Shown: piece by piece, positions 38,946 to 44,874 of the stretch
How positions within the stretch are numbered: the first letter of the stretch is position 1
Layout: each line of letters opens with the position of its first letter
Notes under the pieces: model-generated
The model's input: only the letters and a program-made list of their open reading frames with translations
Told to the model about the DNA's origin: nothing
Database searches by the model: none
Sequence record: SRR20825019_158
DNA: 44,874 bases
Strand: one strand, 5' to 3'
Position numbers and translations under genes: made by a program

Positions 38946-39295
38946 GCGTCCTTCGGCGTGTTTTGCGCAACCTCCTCCAAAAGCTGCACAATCCTCGTGC
39001 CCCGTTCGGCCGATTCATCGAGGACATATTCCATCTTCGGCAGATATTTAAGAACGATGCGATTTCCCAGTTCCTTCCGAATCGCTCCGGATCGTTTGCG
39101 CAACCAGCGCATTTTCAAGACGGCTTCCTCCGGCTCGGCGATCACCGAAACAAAGACCTTCGCCTCCCGCAAATCCGGCGTCACCCGAACTTCCGTCACC
39201 GTAATGGCCACCGCGTCCTCGCGGTAGTGCTGACGCAAAATATCACCCAGCTCACGCTGAATCAGCTCGTTGACACGTAAGGTGCGACTACTCAT
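38942..39295 (-). CDS. rbfA: Ribosome-binding factor A
   Basis: RTLRVNELIQREL...ITVTEVRVTPDLREAKVFVS...LKYLP...DESAERG. Confidence 0.95.
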   Translation of the reverse strand: MSSRTLRVNELIQRELGDILRQHYREDAVAITVTEVRVTPDLREAKVFVSVIAEPEEAVLKMRWLRKRSGAIRKELGNRIVLKYLPKMEYVLDESAERGTRIVQLLEEVAQNTPKDA

Positions 39296-39356
39296 GGGAT
39301 TTTAGCCGGTGGCTATTTTTGGATAGGTGAACCGGCTTGGGGAAACACGCCTGCGA

Positions 39357-41750
39357 TTAGAGCGAGGCACGCACCTTCTCAATTTCGAAGACTTCGATGA
39401 TATCGCCTTCCTCGTAACCGTTAAATTCGTCCAGTTTGATACCACATTCGAGACCGGCACGAATTTCGTTCGCATCGTCCTTGAAACGTTTAAGCGTGCT
39501 GATCTTGCCTTCGTGCAACACTTCCTTCTTACGCCGAACACGCGCCGAGGCGTTTCGGGTGATTTTGCCTTCGGTAACGAGACAGCCGGCGACAAACCCC
39601 TTCCCTTGCGGGAAGACCTGACGAATCTCGGCGACGCCACGTTTCACTTCCTTGAGATCAGGCTCAAGCATATCAACCATCGTATCGCGCACCTTGTCGG
39701 CGAGCTCGTAAATGATATCGAAGGTCTCGATGCGCACACCGTGATGCTTGGCCAAAGGAGTCACGCCATTTTCCAGCTTGGTGTGGAAACCAATCACCAT
39801 CGCGTTTGAGGTGCCGGCCAACAGAATATCGTTCTTCGTGACCAGCCCGACGTCGTTGGCGACGATTTCGAGAGCAACCTTGTCGCTCTTGATACCTTCC
39901 AACAAATTGCGCACCGCTTCGGAGGAACCATAGACGTCCGTCTTAATGATGACCTTGAGTGTGTTGACCTGGGTCGCGGCGATATTGGCGAAGAGTTTTT
40001 CAACCGAGACTTCCTTCGGTTCAGCCGCCACGCGGGTTGCGACCTGCTTGAGACGCAGGGCTTCCTCTTCGGCCATCTTCTCGGCCGTGCGGGCATTTTT
40101 AACCGCCTTGAAATTCGCGCCGCTTTCGGGCGCACCGGACCAACCGATCACCCGAACCGGAGTCGAGGGAGGTGCCTCCTTCAAATTCTTGCCCTTGTCA
40201 TCAAACATCGCGCGCACCTTGGCATGGTAAGGACCCGAGACAATCGAATCACCCACTCGCAATGTGCCGCGTTGCACGATCACGGTCGCCAAAGGACCAC
40301 GGCCAAAATCGATTTCCGATTCCACAATGATGCCACTCGCTTCAGCCTTGGGATTGGCCTTGAGCTCGAGAACATCGGTCTGGAGGAGAATCATTTCGAT
40401 CAGCGTATCGAGACCGTCTCCCTTGATCGCCGAGACCGGCACCGTAATGGTTTCACCACCCCAATCTTCCGGTGCGATTTCACGTTGCTGCATCTGCGTC
40501 TTCACCTGCTCGATGTTCGCCCCCTTCACATCCATCTTATTGATGGCGACGATCAGAGCGACCCCGGCCTTTTGGGCGTGCTTCAGAGCTTCGTCCGTTT
40601 GCGGCATGAATCCGTCATCCGCCGCCACCACGAGAATCGCGATGTCGGTGACATTTGCACCACGGGCGCGCATCTTCGTAAACGCCGCGTGACCGGGCGT
40701 ATCGAGGAAAGTCAGTTTACGGCCTTCATGCTCAATCTGATAGGCACCGATATGCTGGGTGATGCCACCGGCCTCGCCCTTGACCACATTGGTGCGACGG
40801 ATCGCATCGAGGAGCGACGTCTTGCCATGGTCAACGTGACCTAAAATACAGACCACCGGCGGACGCATCTCGAGGTTCTTCTCATCGTCCTGATCGGCCT
40901 CATTAACATCATCCGAAGACTTCTTCTTTTTCTGCACCGGAGCAGATTCCCCGCGATGCTTGATGTCGAGAATCACGCCGTGTTTTTCCGCTACGGTAAT
41001 CGCGACGGCTTCTTCAATCGTCGAATTCATCGAAGCAAATCCACCGGCCTGATTGAGCTCGGAGATCAACTTGAAAGGCTTCATGCCCAAGGCCACCGCA
41101 AAATCGCGCACGATAATCGGTGGCTTGATTTGGATCGTTTTGATCTCACCTTCCGGAGCTTCGGGTGCAGTCGGCGCGGCCACGGCAGGAGGTCCTTTCG
41201 GGGATGATCCGGGAAGTGGTGGAGCCGCCGGGGCGGACGAAGCTGCGCGTGGCACCGGTGGTGGCACCGAAGCGGGAGATTTCGTAATCGGAGGCGGCGT
41301 GCTCGGCGCAGAGACCGTCGCGGGCGCCTTGGGCGCCGGCGGTGGTGGCGTCTTGGCGGCGGGTGCCGGAGCTGGAGTAGTTGGAGCCGCGGGGGCTGCC
41401 GGAGTTGCTTTGCTCTTCTCCGCCTCGGCCTTCTTCTGTTCTTCCTTATCCGCCTTTTCACGGGCGATATCCGCCGTCGATTTCACGAACACGCCGCTCG
41501 GCATATTCACTTTCGGCGGAGCATCTTTCACCGGCGCTTCCTTGACCGGTTCCTGAGCGACAACTTCGGGAGCAGCGGGTTCTTCAGCTGCTTCGGTCGA
41601 GGTAAATTCCTCCACAATCGCGTCCGCCGAGATATTATCGATCGTGCTGGAAACGCTCTTCACATCGAAATTGCGCTCTTTGAGCAGGGCCAACATTTCT
41701 TTGTTGTCCATGCCGATCTTCTTGGCGAGTTCGTGAATGCGGATGCTCAT
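39357..41750 (-). CDS. infB: Translation initiation factor IF-2
   Basis: IRIHELAK N-terminus, Pro/Ala-rich linker, [40 protein letters not shown] and NKMD. Confidence 0.98.
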   Translation of the reverse strand: MSIRIHELAKKIGMDNKEMLALLKERNFDVKSVSSTIDNISADAIVEEFTSTEAAEEPAAPEVVAQEPVKEAPVKDAPPKVNMPSGVFVKSTADIAREKADKEEQKKAEAEKSKATPAAPAAPTTPAPAPAAKTPPPPAPKAPATVSAPSTPPPITKSPASVPPPVPRAASSAPAAPPLPGSSPKGPPAVAAPTAPEAPEGEIKTIQIKPPIIVRDFAVALGMKPFKLISELNQAGGFASMNSTIEEAVAITVAEKHGVILDIKHRGESAPVQKKKKSSDDVNEADQDDEKNLEMRPPVVCILGHVDHGKTSLLDAIRRTNVVKGEAGGITQHIGAYQIEHEGRKLTFLDTPGHAAFTKMRARGANVTDIAILVVAADDGFMPQTDEALKHAQKAGVALIVAINKMDVKGANIEQVKTQMQQREIAPEDWGGETITVPVSAIKGDGLDTLIEMILLQTDVLELKANPKAEASGIIVESEIDFGRGPLATVIVQRGTLRVGDSIVSGPYHAKVRAMFDDKGKNLKEAPPSTPVRVIGWSGAPESGANFKAVKNARTAEKMAEEEALRLKQVATRVAAEPKEVSVEKLFANIAATQVNTLKVIIKTDVYGSSEAVRNLLEGIKSDKVALEIVANDVGLVTKNDILLAGTSNAMVIGFHTKLENGVTPLAKHHGVRIETFDIIYELADKVRDTMVDMLEPDLKEVKRGVAEIRQVFPQGKGFVAGCLVTEGKITRNASARVRRKKEVLHEGKISTLKRFKDDANEIRAGLECGIKLDEFNGYEEGDIIEVFEIEKVRASL

Positions 41751-41795
41751 GTGTAAGGTATCGTAACGGTCGGGGCTAGGCTTGGCAGATCAGGG

Positions 41796-43025
41796 TTATT
41801 GTTGAGCAGCGACGCTCGCGATGATGGTATTGGCCTCTTCTTCAGTGAATCCGGCATCGACCAAATCGTCGGCTTCCACTCCTTCAAAAGCTCCGGGAGA
41901 ATTGATTCCCATTTCGACCAGACGTCCGGCAATCGCGGCATCCAGCGAGAAAGTTTCCACCAGCAGGGCAATCGCAACCTGCACGGGGTCGTCGCTGACT
42001 TCCTTGTATTCTTCGATGTCGATGCGCCACCCGATCAAGCGGGAGGTCAGACGGGCATTCTGGCCCTTGCGGCCAATCGCCACGGCCAAATCGTCCGTCG
42101 CGACGCGAAGCAGGATGCGATGACTTTGCTCATCGATCACGATTTCCTTCGGCTCGGCAGGTTTGAGCGCTTCCAGAATCATTTCACGCGGATCTTCAAA
42201 GTAACGAATGATGTCGATCTTCTCCCCACCGAGCTCACGCACGATGGTCTTCACGCGGGCACCTCGGGCACCCACGCAGGCACCGACCGGATCCACCTTG
42301 GGATCGGCACTCGTCACCGCGATCTTCGTGCGGTATCCCGGCTCGCGGGCAAAGGCTTCGATTTTCACGGTGCCATCGGCGATTTCCGTGACTTCCAATT
42401 CGAAGAGACGACGCACAAATTTCGGGCTCGAGCGGCTCAACACGATTTCCGGTCCACGCGGGGTGGATTCAATCGAGAGCAACAGACAGCGAATGCGCTC
42501 ACCGGGTTGATACTCTTCTCCGGGCACTTGCTCGCGACCGGACATCACCGCCTCGGCCTTGCCGAGATCGACGTAAAGATCATTACGCTCACGACGACGC
42601 ACCGTGCCGGTAACCACGTCGCCCACCTGATCCTTGAAATCATCATAGATCCGGTCCTTCTCAAACTGACGCAGGCGCTGCATCACGGCCTGACGTGCCG
42701 TCTGCGCGGCAATCCGTCCGAGGCTGGAAGGATCGATTTCCTTCTCGATAAATTCGCCCAACAGGATGCCCGGTTGAATCGTCTGGGCGCGTTCGATATG
42801 GATCTCCGTCTTGGGATCACTCACCGAATCAACCACCTTCAGCAGGGACCAGGCATGCATTTGCCCGTTCTTCTCGTTGATCTCGATTTTGAGCTCCTGT
42901 CCGGAATTGATTCCCTTTTGGGCAGCAGTCTTCAGGGCATTGGTAATCGTGGAGATCATATCGGCCCGGCCGATACCCTTCTCCTTCTCCATATACTCTA
43001 GGACGGTCAAAATTTCGCTGCTCAT
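41796..43025 (-). CDS. nusA: Transcription termination/antitermination factor NusA
   Basis: [11 protein letters not shown]1 domain, [31 protein letters not shown] and [11 protein letters not shown]. Confidence 0.98.
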   Translation of the reverse strand: MSSEILTVLEYMEKEKGIGRADMISTITNALKTAAQKGINSGQELKIEINEKNGQMHAWSLLKVVDSVSDPKTEIHIERAQTIQPGILLGEFIEKEIDPSSLGRIAAQTARQAVMQRLRQFEKDRIYDDFKDQVGDVVTGTVRRRERNDLYVDLGKAEAVMSGREQVPGEEYQPGERIRCLLLSIESTPRGPEIVLSRSSPKFVRRLFELEVTEIADGTVKIEAFAREPGYRTKIAVTSADPKVDPVGACVGARGARVKTIVRELGGEKIDIIRYFEDPREMILEALKPAEPKEIVIDEQSHRILLRVATDDLAVAIGRKGQNARLTSRLIGWRIDIEEYKEVSDDPVQVAIALLVETFSLDAAIAGRLVEMGINSPGAFEGVEADDLVDAGFTEEEANTIIASVAAQQ

Positions 43026-43042
43026 GGTCTTGTTAAAATGGG

Positions 43043-43071
43043 AAAAAAAAAGCAGGCCGCAGGGCCCACTT
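43043..43071 (-). promoter_or_regulatory. rimP-leader-like terminator/attenuator in the nusA 5' UTR
   Basis: The minus strand reads AAGTGGGCC-CTGC-GGCCTGCTT-TTTTTTT, ending 17 nt before the nusA ATG and lying downstream of a candidate promoter. Confidence 0.65.
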
Positions 43072-43101
43072 CACAATTTGTGAGTGTGATAAGAAAGGAT
43101 C

Positions 43102-43129
43102 ACGCTATTTTTACTCCTTCCCATGTCAA
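43102..43129 (-). promoter_or_regulatory. Candidate sigma70 promoter of the nusA operon
   Basis: Minus strand TTGACA (43129-43124), 16-bp spacer, TAGCGT (43107-43102). Confidence 0.5.
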
Positions 43130-43170
43130 GCAACCACCTTGGCAGGAGCCAAACCACTGAAAATCAGCCA

Positions 43171-44379
43171 TTAATCACCCGATTGAGACGCTCCAGTCAG
43201 CAAATGACCGAGCAAACCCTGCACCGCTCCATGGCAGGCCGGCGACTCCGGTGCGTTAAATCGCCCCATCTGCCGCAGCACTTTGAGCAACGCTGCCGGC
43301 GCATCTCCACTATACCAGTGATACCAGAGCCCCGAAAAATCGTTCCCGGTCCGGCTCGCCAACAACGGCCAGAAACCATCACAGATCATCGTGTCAAATC
43401 GTGTCCCGCTTAGCGCCTCCCCACAAATCTCGTCATGTAACTTCACTCGCCACGCGGTTAATCCGTGCTCGCGCCGCATCGAGGTCGTCTTGCCTCCAAA
43501 TTCAGGCTTCGGCAGTTGATCCGCTAACGCGCAAAGCAATCCCGGCCATGCAGGTCGCGCCTGCGTCCATTCCGCATACTGCCGCAAACGCCGCTTCGGA
43601 TGATTCGCCGGCCGCACCCCCGAAGCGCGCCACTCGCCCTCCCCGATCAGATCATCCACCGTGAAATCGGGATCCCGCCACGCCGCCAACGGATGGACCA
43701 TGGCCACCTGCAACATCGGCACGCGGTTATAGCGAAACCCGAGGATTTCCATCGCCGTTTGGTGACACGCCTCGTTCCAGCCCTCCTTCGCGATTCGCAC
43801 CCCCGCAAAATGCACCTTCTGTTTCCACCGCCTCTCCGCGCAAACATCCAGCAACTCTCGCAAATCCTCCTGCGGCAACTCGCCCAATTTTGCCAACGCC
43901 CACTTTTCCGGATGATTCGCCAACACCTCGACTGCATCCTCCGCCGCATATTCCTCCAAATCGTGATGCAACCACGGCAACAGCACCAAAGTCGGAATCG
44001 CCCGTCCGTTCCCATTTCGCGTGACCGCCCCGGCCTTCGGCGGAAACAACACCACGTGAAGTTTCACCTCCGCATACGCCGGATCTTTCGCGTGGCCGTG
44101 CGCCGACCAATCCTCGGCGCGCAGATGGAGTTCCACATCCCCCACCCACTCGGGTTCATCGCCGATCCGAATCCTCGCCTGCATGAAATCCGGCCCCGCC
44201 AACTTATTCCAGCGCCCCGTATTTCGAATCGTCACCTGCTGTCCATCGGTCGTCACAAGCTGCGCCCGATCAAACGAGCCCTCCGCCCAAATCTTCTGAA
44301 AGAGCAGCTCCGTAAAGGTAAACGGCCCATACAACCCCTGAATCTCTTCAACCAACGAGTCTGAGTGGGGCGTCCTCAT
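43171..44379 (-). CDS. DUF2851-like conserved hypothetical protein
   Basis: ELLFQKIW, GRWNKLAGPDF, GDVELHLRAEDW..HGH..DPAY..V.LHVV, LGFRYNRVPM and VRPANHP. Start at 44379 preferred because the upstream extension runs into repeat-like DNA. Confidence 0.75.
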   Translation of the reverse strand: MRTPHSDSLVEEIQGLYGPFTFTELLFQKIWAEGSFDRAQLVTTDGQQVTIRNTGRWNKLAGPDFMQARIRIGDEPEWVGDVELHLRAEDWSAHGHAKDPAYAEVKLHVVLFPPKAGAVTRNGNGRAIPTLVLLPWLHHDLEEYAAEDAVEVLANHPEKWALAKLGELPQEDLRELLDVCAERRWKQKVHFAGVRIAKEGWNEACHQTAMEILGFRYNRVPMLQVAMVHPLAAWRDPDFTVDDLIGEGEWRASGVRPANHPKRRLRQYAEWTQARPAWPGLLCALADQLPKPEFGGKTTSMRREHGLTAWRVKLHDEICGEALSGTRFDTMICDGFWPLLASRTGNDFSGLWYHWYSGDAPAALLKVLRQMGRFNAPESPACHGAVQGLLGHLLTGASQSGD

Positions 44380-44846
44380 AACCATCACAGCTTGAGCCCA
44401 ATCGTCCTCCGGAACAAGCGCCGCTTTTCCGAAAACACCGCAACAATCCCCGGACGCCGAAGCCGGTCCCTCCCACGACTCCACTTCATAATTGTAGGTG
44501 GGGTCGCCCTTCAATGTAACTCTGGGCTTGAGCCTGTCGAACGGCTGACCCCGCTTCCGAGTTAATCTGAAGCCCCCTGCCCAACTCTATCCCGGACTCT
44601 CACCACGGATTGCACCGATTACTCAGAAATTCCCTCTTCCCTTCATTCCGTGCACTCCTTGGTCTGTTACCTTCATTGTTCACAATAGAAACATTGGATC
44701 GCCATCCTGATTCCGCAGCAGCGGGAGAAGGATCCAGTGAGCGTCTCACTTCGCCTTTAAGTTGTAGGACAGTGTCCCTGACTCACCTCGGGATCCTTGG
44801 CTAAACTCAGGTGGTCACCATCCTGCTCACACCACCCACTGAAGCG

Positions 44847-44874
44847 ACGGGCACAGGGACGTGCCCATCCACCT
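44847..44874 (-). repeat. REP-like palindrome, same family as 1-64
   Basis: acgggcacagggacgtgcccatccacct differs from the reverse complement of 37-64 at one position. Confidence 0.8.

Noticed and set aside
41150-41600. Low-complexity Pro/Ala-rich repeat-like stretch
   Set aside because: It is the ordinary variable N-terminal linker of IF-2.
41799-43001. 400-aa plus-strand ORF, and similar long antisense ORFs over infB, ychF, the RND genes and the DUF2851-like gene
   Set aside because: They mirror well-supported genes on the opposite strand and show no independent coding evidence.

Overview
This 44.9 kb GC-rich bacterial window is mostly housekeeping. By gene order and protein style it is probably Verrucomicrobiota/Opitutaceae-like (inference). 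From left to right it holds: a beta-propeller glycosidase-like gene; a long minus-strand run (marR, RND adaptor, RND permease, TolC-family protein, AsmA-like protein, AAA_21-type ATPase, TOPRIM-like partner, DUF2339-like membrane protein, aas, BNR/sialidase-like gene); tkt; rpsP/trmD/rplS; ychF; an S26-like peptidase; pxpBCA; a System II cytochrome c biogenesis operon; recN; tRNA-Val(GAC); an aldolase/dehydrogenase pair; nusA-infB-rbfA-DHH-truB-ribF; and a DUF2851-like gene. The most notable feature is a GxxExxY (PD-(D/E)XK-like) gene between resB and ccsA. It is bounded by ~31-bp inverted repeats built from 9-bp subunits, and an unbroken chain of stop/start overlaps, including a 15-codon mini-ORF, runs across it. 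It looks like a small, non-polar mobile cassette. Also notable are a translationally coupled ABC-ATPase + TOPRIM-like + large membrane protein trio (PARIS/OLD-like architecture), several REP/MITE-like palindrome families in the spacers and at both window ends, a tRNA with a non-canonical A53-U61 pair followed by a structured element, and a rimP-leader-like attenuator in front of nusA although rimP is absent. I found no CRISPR array, integrase or transposase. All family calls come from motif recognition by eye, not from database searches.
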